Positions 49,732-62,339 of a stretch of 64,000 nt of DNA are shown here, piece after piece (position 1 is the first letter of the stretch; each line of letters begins with the position of its first letter). The notes beneath the pieces are model-generated. The model was not told where the DNA came from. It ran no database searches and saw only the letters and a program-made list of their open reading frames with translations. The stretch is from Podarcis pityusensis (Eukaryota). The position numbers were made by a program, and so were the translations under genes. The DNA is taken from assembly GCA_964106645.2 (NCBI GenBank), contig OZ067051.1; one strand, 5' to 3'.

Positions 49732-50689
49732 TGCGAGAATCTGGACCTGCTCTCCTTTTCAGAAGGAAAGCACTCAGGCAGAAGTTTGACTTTGGCAGGA
49801 TTTCAGAGGGTCTGCTTGACATGGAATAGTTGGAAACCTTTGATGTTTGTTCAGTAAATGGCCAACTGGTCAAACCAGTCTCCAGAACCACCACCCTCCC
49901 TCTCTCTTCTAAATAGCATTAGCACTTGTGGATTACAGTCAAAGTTTTCTCCTGAGGTGCCGGAAATGCACACGTGGTTGGAAAGGGCAGAGGCAGATGC
50001 AGGGGGCAGGGCAGGGATTGTTAAAACTGAGGCCAGGTGAAAATGAAATGCAGAAAAGCAGATGGCCATAATGATATTATGATCATTTCAACCTCCCAGA
50101 ATTCTCTGAAACTGACCTTACTACTTCAAACTGAGGCTGCCATGTTTAAACTGTTTGGGAGAACCCCAAAGCTTGCCGCACTTTGTGACACTTTCTTCCT
50201 TTGTCCTAATAAAAGGTATTATTATCCTACTGAAGACTGAACCTCCATCCCCCTTATTGACCTCCCTTTTTATGCTGAATTACAGTTCAGGGCAGATAAA
50301 AGAAAGTCCTCCTTCACACAATACATAGTTAAACTGTGGAACTCACTCCCACAGGAGGAGCTGATGGCCCCCAACCTAGATGGCTTTAAAAAAGGGTGAG
50401 GCAAATTTGTCAAGGAGAGGGCTATTGATGCCAACCAGCCATGATAACTATGCTCTGCCTCCACAGTTGGAGGCAATTGCTGGAAACCACTGAAAGGAAC
50501 AGTGCTCCTTGCTGGTTTCCCATAGGCATCTGGTTGGCCTCTGTGAGAACAGAAGGCTGAAATAGATAGGGTATTGGCCTGATCCAGTAGGCTTTTGTTC
50601 TCTTCTTATGTTCCGAGCTATTTTTTGTGGATGGAAACAGGACAGAGGTTTTTATCACATGATGTGTGTAGTAGTAGTAGTAGCAGTAA

Positions 50690-50697
50690 TGATAATG

Positions 50698-50742
<45 letters not shown>

Positions 50743-51425
50743 TATTTATACCCTGTCCATCTGGCTGGGTTTCTCCAGCTACTTTGGGTGGCTCCCAAAA
50801 GAATATTAAAACATCAAACATTAAAAACTTTCCTAAACAGGGCTGCCTTCAGGTGTCTTCTGAAAGTCAGATAGTTATTTATTTCCTTGACATCTGATGG
50901 GAGGTGTTCCACAGGGCAGATGCCACTACCAAGAAGGCCCTCTGCCTGGTTCCCTGTAACCTCACTTCTTGCAAACCGCCAGAAGGCCCTCAGAGCTGAG
51001 CAATGGGGGTGGAGATGTTCCTTCAGGTATACTGGGCTGAGGCCATTTAGGGCTTAAAGGTCAGCACCAACACTTTGAATTGTGCTCGGAAACATACTGA
51101 GAGTCAATGTAGGTCTTTCAGGACCTGTGATATATGGTCTCGGTAGCCACTCCCAGTCACCAGTCTAGCGGCCGCATTCTAGATTAGTTGTAGTTTCTGG
51201 GTCACCTTCAAAGGTAGCCCACGTAAAGCGCATTGCAGTAGTCCAAGCTGGAGATAACTAGAGCATGTACTACTCTGGCGAGACAGTCTGCGGGGAGGTA
51301 GGGTCTCAGCCTGCGTACCAGGTAGAGCTGGAAGACAGCTGCCCTGGAGGCAGAATTGACCTGCACCTCCCTGGACAGCTGCGAGTCCAAAATGACTCCC
51401 AGGCTGCGCACCTGGTCCTTCAGTG
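50690..51425 (-). mobile_element. L2 LINE 3' fragment
   Basis: RSLGVILDSQLS...LDYCNALYVG; (AAT)n tail; same family as 60603-61857. Confidence 0.9.
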
Positions 51426-51979
51426 CCAGGATGTCTGTTCATCTGGGCACTGTTCATAACGTAATTATCCCCATCTGTACTTTCCTGTGTCCCATTTCTT
51501 TCTGACTTCCCTATTTACAATCCTGTGTAAGTGTGTGTAGATAGTTAGGTCGCAATAGACCTCCAACTCTGGATAAGACTTCATGCAGCTGCTGAAAACA
51601 ACAACAACCTAATGCCATAATGAATTTGTTAGTCAGCTGAAGCAAAACAGCAAACAAGGTTCTTGCTTAAAGATGAACATGGAAAACATATGGATTTCAA
51701 ACTCTTTACCCATCTTAGTTACAGATAGATGTCCAGTAGGGGGCATCAAAAAAATGTGGCGAAACCCCGGCGACCTCAGTCTTTAGGAGCCAGCCCTGCG
51801 GACAAGTTCTGTGAACTCAGAGCCCTGTCAAGTCCATGCATGTGCCCCTGAGATAAAAGCGTATTTGGTTTCCTGTCCTCATCTTTTTGTACTTGAGCTT
51901 AGGGCTCTGTGATCCTTTTAAATGGCACACAGGCAGTCCTGATGACCGCTGGGTTGTGCGGTTCCCCTCCCCCCTGCAG

Positions 51980-52177
51980 ATCAGCAACCTGATCGCCTCC
52001 GAGATCCTCCACAACGAGGACATCACCGCCAGGGTGAGCGCCATCGAAAAGTGGGTGGCCGTGGCCGACATCTGCCGCTGCTTGCACAACTACAACGCAG
52101 TCCTTGAGATCACCTCGGCCTTCAACCGCAGTGCCATCTTCCGCTTGAAGAAGACATGGATGAAGGTGTCCAAGCAG
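51980..52177 (+). CDS. RASGRF1: RasGRF1 exon 23 (CDC25)
   Basis: [66 protein letters not shown]; 198 nt. Confidence 0.96.
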
Positions 52178-52249
52178 GTGGGTATGCCAGCGGGGAGCAC
52201 AAGGCAAGGCATATACTCACCATTAGTAAAATTAATGCAATAACAAACA

Positions 52250-52286
52250 CATCTATATCTATCTATCATCTATCTATCTATCTATC

Positions 52287-52331
<45 letters not shown>

Positions 52332-52350
52332 CATATCTATCTATCTATCT
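52250..52350. repeat. (TATC)n microsatellite
   Basis: Direct observation, imperfect repeat. Confidence 0.95.
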
Positions 52351-53431
52351 AAAATCATTCAGGGAAAAGGGTTGTAGCTCAGTGGCTGAGCATCTGCTTT
52401 GCATGGAGAAGGTCAAATATACAGTTCCTGGTGGCATGCCCGGGTAGGGATGGGAGCCCCCCCCCCCCAACAAGAACTCTGAAGAGCCATGGCTTCCAGT
52501 CAGTGTAAAGCTAGATGGATTATTGGTCTGACTTGGTAGCTTCTGAGAATGCAGATTCCTTCAGAAGCATGAGAACTGGGCACCGATCCATCCAGCCCAG
52601 CACAATGACTGCCTTTGTTTGATCTTTGACTTCTGCTGCATGCCAGTCTATGTGCAGAGGCGCATGCTAGCTGTGGAGTGCTGAGATTTTTTTACTATGT
52701 AGCCACCCCCCCCCCCCCAGCCACAGCAGAGAGATTTGCTTGGCCTATTCTCTGCAGCTCCTTCTTCCTCCTTTCATCCAGAACTCCCCTGCCAGACCAC
52801 TTAGGAGGCTCAACTTCCTTCTTTGCTGTGGAACTGAGACCTGGCATTCTCCCCACAGATACTTATCATACACTCAGATGGTTCCTCATAACACAAAAGT
52901 GCAGCCAAACCAGATGCAGCAGATTTCTGGCTCAGCTTCAGTTCCTGCAGAGGATTCACATAAAGAATACATTAAGCTGGAACCTCTGTGGTCTTCAGGC
53001 AATTTCACAAGTGACCTCCACCCTGTTTTTGAACTTCTGTGTTGCCTTCAGCCCAGTTGTCTCTGTTAGGCAACTTAGCTGTGATTCCAGCATTGCAGGG
53101 GGTTGGACTAGATGACCCTTGGAGCCCCTTCCAACTCTTACAATTCTATGATTCTAGGGTTGCAAGCTGGGATATTTGGTACAACTAATTGAATGAAGCT
53201 TCCCTGGCCAACTGATATTTGCCCTGCTTCCTGATTTTGATTCCAAACTGCTTTTTGACTTTGCTGGGCCTGCCTCTTCACCATGTTGACCAAAGCGCCC
53301 ATTTGATTTTCAGTAGCTCAGAAGCAGATCCTTGGTATCATTCCCCAAAAAGGCGCCCCTCACCCCAGCCTGGATTCTTCTTTCTTCCTTAACCAGAGTC
53401 TGCACTTTCTGCCTTATGTCTTTCTTTTCAG

Positions 53432-53511
53432 ACGAAAGCTTTGATCGACAAGCTGCAGCGCCTGGTGTCTTCGGAAGGCCGTTTCAAGAATCTGAGGGAG
53501 GCCCTGAAAAA
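53432..53511 (+). CDS. RASGRF1: RasGRF1 exon 24 (CDC25)
   Basis: [26 protein letters not shown]; 80 nt. Confidence 0.96.
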
Positions 53512-54343
53512 GTAAGTGCCTGGCAACAGAGCTCGTCCGCCTGGGGGTGGTGCCCATCATGCCTCTGTTTGCAAAATGTGAGACCTTGTGTGGTGTCTGA
53601 GGTATGTGCATGCGCACACAGAAAGACAAAGCATGGCACACCTGTGAACACCTCCAGCAAGTGCTCCTTCCCACTAGGTATTTGGCAGATATTGCCAGGA
53701 CCTGAGAAAGTTCAGCTTTATTTGTTTGTTTGTTTGTATTTATATTCCACATTTTTCCTCCAAGGAGCTCCAGGTGGCTCACCTGGTCCTCCCCTTCCTC
53801 GTTTAACGCCCTAGACAACCCTGCAAGGTGGGCTAGGCTGAGAGGGAGAGTGGCTGGCTCCCAAGGTCACCCAAGTGAGCTTCATGGCCGAGTGGGGGTT
53901 TGAACCCTGATCACTCAGGTCTTAGTCCTCACAACAGCCCTGGAAGGTAGGTTAGGTTGAGAAGCAGGGATTTGAACCCTGGTCTCTCCCAGGTCTTAAT
54001 TTGACACTAACCACTGCACAACACTGTCTCTCCCTGCTCAAAGCCTCAGCTGAGGAGGAAGAGTCACGGTGGGTAGCATGCTGGACAGCTGGGCCTCCAG
54101 CCCCTGGGACTTTGCATGCCCCTCATGAGCAAGGGGAAGGGAAACCAGCTATTTAACCAGGCACAAGAGACTGTAAAAGGGAAGAGGCCCTTCAGAGGGC
54201 AGGGAGGAATGTTTTGGCCTCTGCACTGAATGCAGAGAATCTCATAGGTTCCAGAGTTCTAAGACATTCCTATTTGCGCAAGGGAGAGGGGTCTGCGAAG
54301 CTGGGAACTCATTCATACTTGATGTGGACTACATTGGAAAGTA

Positions 54344-54602
54344 CCTTATTTTTTGCTCTATAAGACTCACTTTTTCCCTCCTAAAAAGTAAGGGGAAATG
54401 TGTGTACGTCTTATGGAGTGAATGCAGGCTGCGCAGCTATCCCAGAAGCCAGAACAGCAAGAGGGATTGCTGCTTTCACTGCGCAGCGATCCCTCTTGCT
54501 CTTCTGGCTTCTGAGATTCAGAATATTTTTTTTCTTGTTTTCCTCCTCCAGAAACTAGGTGCGTCTTGTGGTCTGGTGCGTCTTATAGAGCGAAAAATAT
54601 AG
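54344..54602. mobile_element. Tc1/mariner-superfamily MITE with internal hairpin
   Basis: TA-flanked degenerate TIRs; internal inverted repeat ~54443-54512. Confidence 0.75.
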
Positions 54603-55138
54603 TATGGCTTGAAACAGGGAAAGTTTTTCTCCCTCTTTCATAAGGCTACAACTGGCGGGCATCCAATGAAGCAGAACGTTGGATGATTCAAAACAGATAA
54701 TAGGAATTCCTTCTTCGCACATTGCATAATTAAGCTATGGAGTTCACTCAGGCGGCAGTGGTGCCTATCAACTTGGATGGCTTAAAAAGAGGATCGGACA
54801 AAGTCATGAAGGAGGAGAGGGCTATTGATGGCCACTGGCTCTGCCTCTCACAGGCATCCAATTGGTTTCTGTGAGAACAGCATGCTGGACTAGATGGGTC
54901 ATTGACCTGATCCATCAGACCCTCCTTATGTTCTTAAGTGTCAGACTTGATGTGAGGGGGACACAAAAGCTCTCCCTGCAGGGTGTAATCTGTGGTGACG
55001 GTTTATGAACCCATCTGAGCTGACATGGAGTGAGGACAGTGCCTGTATGAACTGTGGCCAAAGAGGAAACTCAGGAGAAAGACTATTGGATCACATTAAG
55101 CCCATCACATTAAGTGGGACTTCTTTTCTCCCTTCCAG

Positions 55139-55256
55139 CTGCGATCCACCCTGCGTCCCATATCTAGGGATGTACCTGACAGACCTGGCCTTCATTGAGG
55201 AGGGCACCCCCAATTACACTGAAGACGGCCTTGTGAATTTTTCCAAAATGAGGATG
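55139..55256 (+). CDS. RASGRF1: RasGRF1 exon 25 (CDC25)
   Basis: [39 protein letters not shown]; 118 nt. Confidence 0.97.
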
Positions 55257-55498
55257 GTAAGTTTCCTGGCACAGTGCCTTTTGGCAGGGAGAAAGGGCAA
55301 ATCATAAGGAGGTTTCATAAGTCTGATCAGATGTCAAGAATAGCCTGACGAAAGGCTAGTCCGTGAAGATGTGAACCGCCTGATTACTCCATTCACCAGC
55401 CTCAGGCCCTTTTATTTCATGAGCTTTGAGTGTTTCCCCAACAACTTTTATTCCCGGGAGCACAAACATAAGCACCAATTTCTTTTCTTTTTGCACAG

Positions 55499-55567
55499 AT
55501 CTCCCATATCATCCGAGAGATCAGGCAGTTCCAGCAGACGGCCTACAAAATTGAGCATCAGGCAAAG
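55499..55567 (+). CDS. RASGRF1: RasGRF1 exon 26
   Basis: [23 protein letters not shown]; 69 nt. Confidence 0.96.
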
Positions 55568-56409
55568 GTAACTTCACTGCAGACCCTTTCGGGGGGTCGG
55601 GCTTGTCCCTTGCACCCACTGCCCAGAGGTGAGGGTGTCTGAGAGCTCAATTGGAAGCAGCCTTCTCCACCCTGGAGTCCTCCAGATGTTTTGGAGGACA
55701 TCTTCCACTAGGATGGACATGGTGGCTGGGGTTGATGGGAGCTGTGGTTCAAAACATCTGGAGGACACTAAGTTGGGGAAGACTGTTTGGATAAAAACAA
55801 TGGCTGTAGCTTGAGATCCACCTTGCAGGCTTCCTATAGGCATATGCTTGGCCCCTGTGAGAACAGGATATATTCCTGAATAATTGTTCCTAGGTAACTG
55901 TTGCTGAGGAAGGTACTTATAACTTCATGGAGGGGAGGGCTATCAATGGCTACTAGCCAAGATGAATGCTATGTTCTGCCTCCACAGCTGGAGGAAGCAA
56001 TGCTTCTGAACACTTCCTACAAAACTAGCTCCCATAAAGAGAGAGAAACTATAAGCAGAGGTAGTCTGCTTCTGAATAGCAGTTGCTGGAAACTGCAGGG
56101 GAGGAGAGACGCGGTTGCACTCAAATCCTGCTTGCGGGATTCCCACAGGCATCTGGTTGGCCACTGTGAGAACAGGATGCTGGAGTAGATGGGCCATGGG
56201 CCTGATCCGGCAGGTGCTTCTTCTGAGGCCATTAAGAAACCCTATGGTTAGTTTGTTGCACGGTATCCCAAGACCAACAGATCTGTTCCCAGCCATCTGA
56301 CAACAAGCTCACAACACTGGGCTCTCTCCCCTTAGGTCCAGAGGGAGCAGCATTGACCCCTTGCTGCCTCCCTTTCCTTCACCCTCTCTCCATTTTCTTT
56401 CTCTTCCAG

Positions 56410-56502
56410 GTCACCCAGTACCTCCTGGACCAGTCCTTTGTGATGGACGAGGAGGGTCTTTACGAGGCCTCGCTCCAGATAGAGCCAAAGCTGCCCACCT
56501 GA
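56410..56502 (+). CDS. RASGRF1: RasGRF1 exon 27 (last coding exon)
   Basis: VTQYLLDQSFVMDEEGLYEASLQIEPKLPT*. Confidence 0.97.
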   Translation, partial: VTQYLLDQSFVMDEEGLYEASLQIEPKLPT

Positions 56503-57901
56503 GTCCAGAGTGGCAGCAGCCCCCTGGGGGCCCTTCCCTGTACACCATGTACCATATTGTACATAGTAGCTGTTTGTTTCTTTTGGGAACCCTCAGTTGA
56601 CTTCCTCGTATGTGCTTCTCCAAGACCCCCCCCCCACCCCTCTCCTTGTCCTTAGAATCTGACTAGCCACCGTTTGTCCTGGGGAGTCCGGCATAGACCA
56701 CTTTGTTGACTGCAGTCCTGGTTCCTATTCAGCTATGTTCTCTTTGTTGTTGATTCTTTGCGTGCGTGCACTGGGGGCGGGGGGAGGGACGGAGGGGGTG
56801 GCAGCCGGGAAAGCCACCCATGGGGGCATGTGGGGCATTGCACAAGGGAGCCCCTCCTTACCTGAGGAACAGCTGCCTGCTTTCCAGGCCTCTGCAATCC
56901 GGGCACGGCCTTCCATTTTGCCGGGAGGGGGGCTGCGGAACACACACACTCACTCCGAGTCATTTCGGACGGCAACCGCTAAGTCCCCCAATACAAGTCA
57001 TGTAATAAGGGAAAGCAAATTCTCGAGGACGCATTTCACTGAGCAGCGGCAGGAGCAGAGAGAGCCAAGGGGACTCTGACCTCCTGTTGCCAAGGAGATA
57101 AGAGAGGCTTGAAGGAGAATCTGACCCGCTGGTGGTCAACTGGGCAAAGCAGGCTTGATAGTGGAAAGATGGTGGCTCTCTTCAATGAGGCCAAGGTGGA
57201 ACAGTAGGGTTTGGGTGACAGGGTAGGAAGGAGACAGGCAGACAGGTCTCCCCTGGGGAACAGGTACTCTTGGTGCAAGAGGACTCCCTTTTGTGGGGGT
57301 GCTGTCTGTCCCCACATAAATGGGTAGGGAAGCAGGGCAGGGAGGAGACAACCACCATTTGGGTTTCCTGCCTCAGGCACCCAGGTGGCTTGGGCCAGCC
57401 ACAAGAGGAAGACAGACAGAGACCAACCATATCTTTGAAAATTCCTGCTTCATCACCCTCCTGAGAGGCTCTGTGTGAATTTCGCTCCTCCGTCCGTAGA
57501 CTTTAGTGACTCTTCTTAGTAACATAATGTAGAATTAGAGAGGGGAGGGGAGGGGGGAGGGGAATGGCCAAGTGTTTTTATTACATATACTGTAATCCTG
57601 TCTAACCACTTGCTAGCAGGACTACAGTAATGTACTGCTTATTCTGTGAATATTATCACGTATTTTTTACATTGTACAGGATATAAGCCCAGGTGAATTT
57701 TTGAGTGGCAGGCATGCTCCACAGTAACGGAAAAACCAGAAGAAGAAAAAACAAAACAAAACCTTTTGCTGTAAGCAATACCCATTGGTATGAGAATTCT
57801 CTTTCAAGACCTAAAATATTTCGACTTACAGCTTGTTTGTTTGGGAAAAGGAAAAAATTTCCATTTTTGTAAAAATATATGTTTCCTGATTACCTCTTGC
57901 T

Positions 57902-57907
57902 AATAAA
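57902..57907 (+). terminator. Probable RASGRF1 polyadenylation signal
   Basis: AATAAA at the end of an AU-rich distal 3'UTR, ~1.4 kb after the stop. Confidence 0.7.
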
Positions 57908-58183
57908 TCTATTCTATCTCAGGGTGAACAGTGGCTTTGCAAAGGTGTATTTTGGACCCATCAGGGGGAGCTGTTTGGGATGGGCAAGTTTAAGCAGGGG
58001 AGCTTGCCTAGTTCATCAGAAAAGCCTGGTTAAGACCCCCAAAATATGACTAAGCAGAAGGTCACCTGAGAGGAGGACGGTCTGCAGGAACTCTATGGGA
58101 AGACAGGGAGCAGTGACTGTTGTAACCTATCAATCACCAGTTACCAGCCATGCAGCAAAACTGGGGGCCATATTTCCTTATGG

Positions 58184-58801
58184 CAGAGGTTTTCAACCTT
58201 TTTGAGTCCATGACTTCCTTGACCAACTGCATTCTTTCTGCAGCAGCCCTGTGGGGCTCAGAAGCCCAGTTATGCCACCCCTTGCCAGCAGAGCTGACAG
58301 CTTCTCATCCTTTCTTCAACATCCTCCCTTATGGAGTGTTACCTCAACCTCCTCTCTTCTCCCCTCTCCTTGAAAGTCCTCTGGGCAGCTGCTGCTTCTG
58401 CCCCTGGTCTCTGAGCTGCCCTTCCCTGCCCCAAAGAAACATGCCTCCTCATACTGCCCCACAGGGGCCTGGGACTTGTCAGCCCATTCCCAACAGCAAG
58501 GGCTGGCGGACTGGCTGGCTGGGCTCCCTTGCCCATCTGCTTGCTTACTCCAAGGCCACCTCAGCTCCTGGCAACCAGCACCCCCTGGCCAGCCCCAGAG
58601 GCACAATTCACCCACAGAGCTTGTAGCCAGGGCTGCTGCAACAAACCGCTGTGCAAGCCTTTGGAAGGCAGAGACATGAGAGGGCATCAGAGGAGGGAGG
58701 GAAGGAAAGAAAGAGGGGCAGAGGCCAGTGTTGCCTGTGGCACCCCTGACCATCCTTCAAGGCACCTCAGGGTGCCACAGCAGCCTGGTTGAATACCACT
58801 G
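58184..58801. mobile_element. hAT non-autonomous element
   Basis: CAGAGGTTTTCAACC...GGTTGAATACCACTG; exact TSD CCTTATGG. Confidence 0.85.
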
Positions 58802-59043
58802 CCTTATGGGTAACCTTCCAAGGGTCTCAGCCAAGAAGTGGGCGGGGCCAGAGGCAAAAGTGGGTGGTGCAATTAATGGAAATACTTCCTTCCTTCGCTA
58901 GCCCACTTTCTGCACACACTTGCACATCCCTCTCTGTCTTCCATCCAGATAAACAAGGCATTGTTTATTTTATTGCTCATTTTAATTACTCCATTTATAT
59001 CCTGCCCTTCCTCCTGAAGGAGCCCAGGGCAGCAGACACAGCA

Positions 59044-59045
<2 letters not shown>

Positions 59046-59084
<39 letters not shown>
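59046..59084. repeat. (GT)n microsatellite
   Basis: Direct observation. Confidence 0.95.
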
Positions 59085-59086
<2 letters not shown>

Positions 59087-60602
59087 TTTGAGAGCAAGCA
59101 TGGTGTAGTGGTTAGAGAATCGGGCTACAACCTGGGAGACCAGAGTTCAAATCCCCACTTGACCATGATACTCACTGGGTGACCTTCGGCCAGTCACTGC
59201 CTGTCAGCCTAACCTACCACACAGGGTTGTTGTGGGGATTAAAAGAGGTACGGAGGAGCCATCTACATCACCTTGAGCTCCTTGGAGAAAAAGATATTTA
59301 AAAAATTATGTCTCTGTGTGTGTGTGATTAAAAACCTAAAAACATCCTAAAACATCCTAAAAAGTTAGAAACTATGGGTGGAATTCAACATTGTGCTTAC
59401 AAATTTTCTGCCTGCATAAGCATGTCAGGTTGCCAGAGGGAACTGTCCCCTTTCTGCCATGTACTGTTCTGGAGGTTCTCCCAAGCTGCCCCTCGAGTCA
59501 TTTTTTTTTGGGTGGGGTGGAAAAAGGGAAAGCTCTATTGCACAAGCAGAAGCCATTTCACTCAAGTTTGTTAGGTGAATTTCACCCACAATCTCAACGG
59601 ATGATCTCAGGGTAACAGGACCAGTGTCCTTCAGCCACCACATTCACCTGGGTAAATATGAATGCATTTAAATTCCTCCTCAAAGTCAATAATGATGCTG
59701 GCAGATGCAATCTTGCCAGTGAAGGCATTCCACAAATGGAGCCACCACAGAAAAGGCCCTGTCCCAGGTCAACGCCAACCAGATGGCACCACCAGCGAGG
59801 CCTTACCTGCTGATCATCAAAGGGTCTGAGATGGTTGATATCAGAATTCAAAGACACATGTTCCATCCCACCAAAAACACTTGAGATTTGAAGGAATGTG
59901 GCCTGCGGAGAGTTCCAGGGGCCCAACAGAGGGGCTGGGGGGGGGTTACACCTGGGATTTCCCATGCATAAGGGGTCTTTGACTGAGATGAACCCTTTGA
60001 CTGGGATCAATCCCAATGGGAGAGGCAAGGAGACCTCTGGCAGCCAAAGGGATGAGTTGCTCTAACCTTCTGGTCCTGGCTGGGTTGATGGGAGTTGCAG
60101 TTCCAAACACTGTGAGGGCAACAGGTTGGGGCAGGCTGGAGGTAAGCTAGGGCATGAGTAGTAGAAGAAAACAGGGAGGGAGTCGAAGCTTGAAAACAAC
60201 TGGTCCAGTTGGGGTCTCACTCTGCTTCTGCCCCCACCAATGAAATGCAGTGTGGTGTAGTGGTGAGAGTCTTGGACCAGGTTTTAAATCACCACTCGCC
60301 CATTAACCTCATGGGGGCAGGCACTGCATTTCCCAGCCTAACCTACGTCATAGGCAGTGCTATTTTTATGGACAAAGAGGTTCACCATGAACACCTCCCT
60401 CGTTCACTTAGAATGGCAATGGCGCGGGAACTGTTCTGGCTAGTTCCCCCTGGAAAAAAAAGCCCTGCTCCCAGGGGTGCTGTGAACATAAGAAGAGGCT
60501 GCTGGATCAGGCCAGTTGGCTATCTGTTCAGCATCCGTTTTCCACAGTGGCCAACCAGATGTCTGTGGGAAACCTGCTAACAGGATCTGAGCACAAGAGA
60601 AC

Positions 60603-60642
<40 letters not shown>

Positions 60643-61857
60643 TATTTGTACCCCACCCATCTGGCTGGGTTTCCCCAGCCACTCTGGGCAGCTTCCATAG
60701 AAACCAAAAATACACTAAAATATCACAGATTAAAAACTTCCCTGAACAGGGCTGCCTTAAGATGTCTTCTGAATGTCAGGTAGTTATTTATCGCTTTGAC
60801 ATCTGATGGGAGGGCATTCCACAGGGCGGGCGCCACTACTGAGAAGGCCCTCTGCCTGGTTCCCTGTAGCTTTGCTTCTCGCAATGAGGGAACCGCCAGA
60901 AGGCCCTCGGCGCTGGACCTCAGCGTCCGGGCAGAATGATGGGGGTGGAAACACTCCTTCAGGAATACTGGGCCGAGGCCGTTTAGGGCTTTAAAGGTCA
61001 ACACCAGCACTTTGAATTGTGCTCGGAAACGTACTGGGAGCCAATGTAGGTCTTTCAAGACTGGTGTTATGTGGTCTTGGCGGCCACCCCCAGTCACCTG
61101 TCTAGCTGCCACATTCTGGATTAGTTGTAGTTTCCGAGTCACCTTCAAAGGTAGCCCCACGTAGAGCGCATTGCAGTAGTCCAAGCGGGAGATAACTAGA
61201 GCATGCACCACTCTGGCGAGACAGTCCGCGGGCAGGTAGGGTCTCAGCCTGCGTACCAGGTGGAGTTGGTAGACAGCTGCCCTGGATACAGAATTGACCT
61301 GTGCCTCCATGGACAGCTGTGAGTCCAAAATGACTCCCAGGCTGTGCACCTGGTCCTTCAGGGGCACAGTTACCCTATTCAGGACCAGGGAGTCCTCCAC
61401 ACCAGCCCGCCCCCTGTCCCCCAAAAACAGTACTTCTGTCTTGTCAGGATTCAACTTCAATCCATTAGCCGCCATCCATCCTCCAACCGCCTCCAGGCAC
61501 TCACACAGGACCTTCACCGCCTTCACTGGTTCTGATTTGAAAGAGAGGTAGAGCTGGGTATCATCTGCATATTGATGGACACCCAGTCCAAACCCCCTGA
61601 TGATCTCTCCCAGCGGCTTCATATAGATGTTAAAAAGCATGGGGGAGAGGACGGAACCCTGAGGCACCCCACAAGTGAGGGCCCAGGGGTCTGAACACTC
61701 ATCACCACCACCACTTTCTGAACACGGCCCAGGAGGAAGGAGCAAAACCACTGTATAACAGTGCCCCCAGCTCGCAGCCTGTCTAGACGGTCCAGAAGGA
61801 TGTTATGGTCGATTGTATCAAAGGCCACTGAGAGATCCAGCAGAACCAGGAAACAAC
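60603..61857 (-). mobile_element. Young L2 LINE, 5'-truncated (RT C-terminal half)
   Basis: ORF 60723-61751 with GVPQGSVLSPMLFNIY, HQYADDTQLY, LHWLPVRFR; AFDTIDH in a shifted frame; (ATA)n tail; inserted into a CR1-type fragment. Confidence 0.93.
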
Positions 61858-62177
61858 TGAATACCAGTCGCTGGAAACCACAGAAGTGGAGATGATCTCC
61901 GGCGAGCTAGGGACAAAGATCATCTCCACTTCTGTGGTTTCCAGCGACTGGTATTCAAAAGAATTGCTGCCTCTAACTTTGAAGGCAGAGCATAGCAGCC
62001 ATCAATAGCTCCCCCACCCCATGAGTCTGTCCAATCCTCTTTTAAAGGCCTCCAAGTTGATGGCCATCACTGCCTCCTGTGGGAGGGAGTTCCAGAGTTT
62101 AACTTTGCGCTGCTTATGCGCCACGTGGGGATTAAATGAGATTGGGGAGAAGCAGGTCCGCCACCTTGAGCTCTTTG

Positions 62178-62337
62178 NNNNNNNNNNNNNNNNNNNNNNN
62201 NNNNNNNNNNNNNNNNNNNNNNNNNNNNNNNNNNNNNNNNNNNNNNNNNNNNNNNNNNNNNNNNNNNNNNNNNNNNNNNNNNNNNNNNNNNNNNNNNNNN
62301 NNNNNNNNNNNNNNNNNNNNNNNNNNNNNNNNNNNNN
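62178..62337. other. Assembly gap (160 N)
   Basis: N run. Confidence 1.
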
Positions 62338-62339
62338 CT

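Larger units (their letters stand above)
10699..57930 (+). other. RASGRF1: RASGRF1 gene span in window (exons 2-27 plus 3'UTR; exon 1 upstream of window)
   Basis: 26 exons join in phase to 3498 nt. Domain order PH1(end)-coiled coil-IQ-DH-PH2-REM-CDC25. Peptides closely match mammalian RasGRF1, including C-terminal IEPKLPT and KYRRMSLAS. Confidence 0.97.

Noticed and set aside
52250-52350. (GATA)n as a sex-chromosome marker
   Set aside because: A single ~100-bp tract is an ordinary microsatellite.
60723-61751. 342-aa ORF as a novel reverse transcriptase gene
   Set aside because: It is the 3' half of an L2 ORF2, frameshifted and 5'-truncated, with a LINE tail and sister copies in the window.
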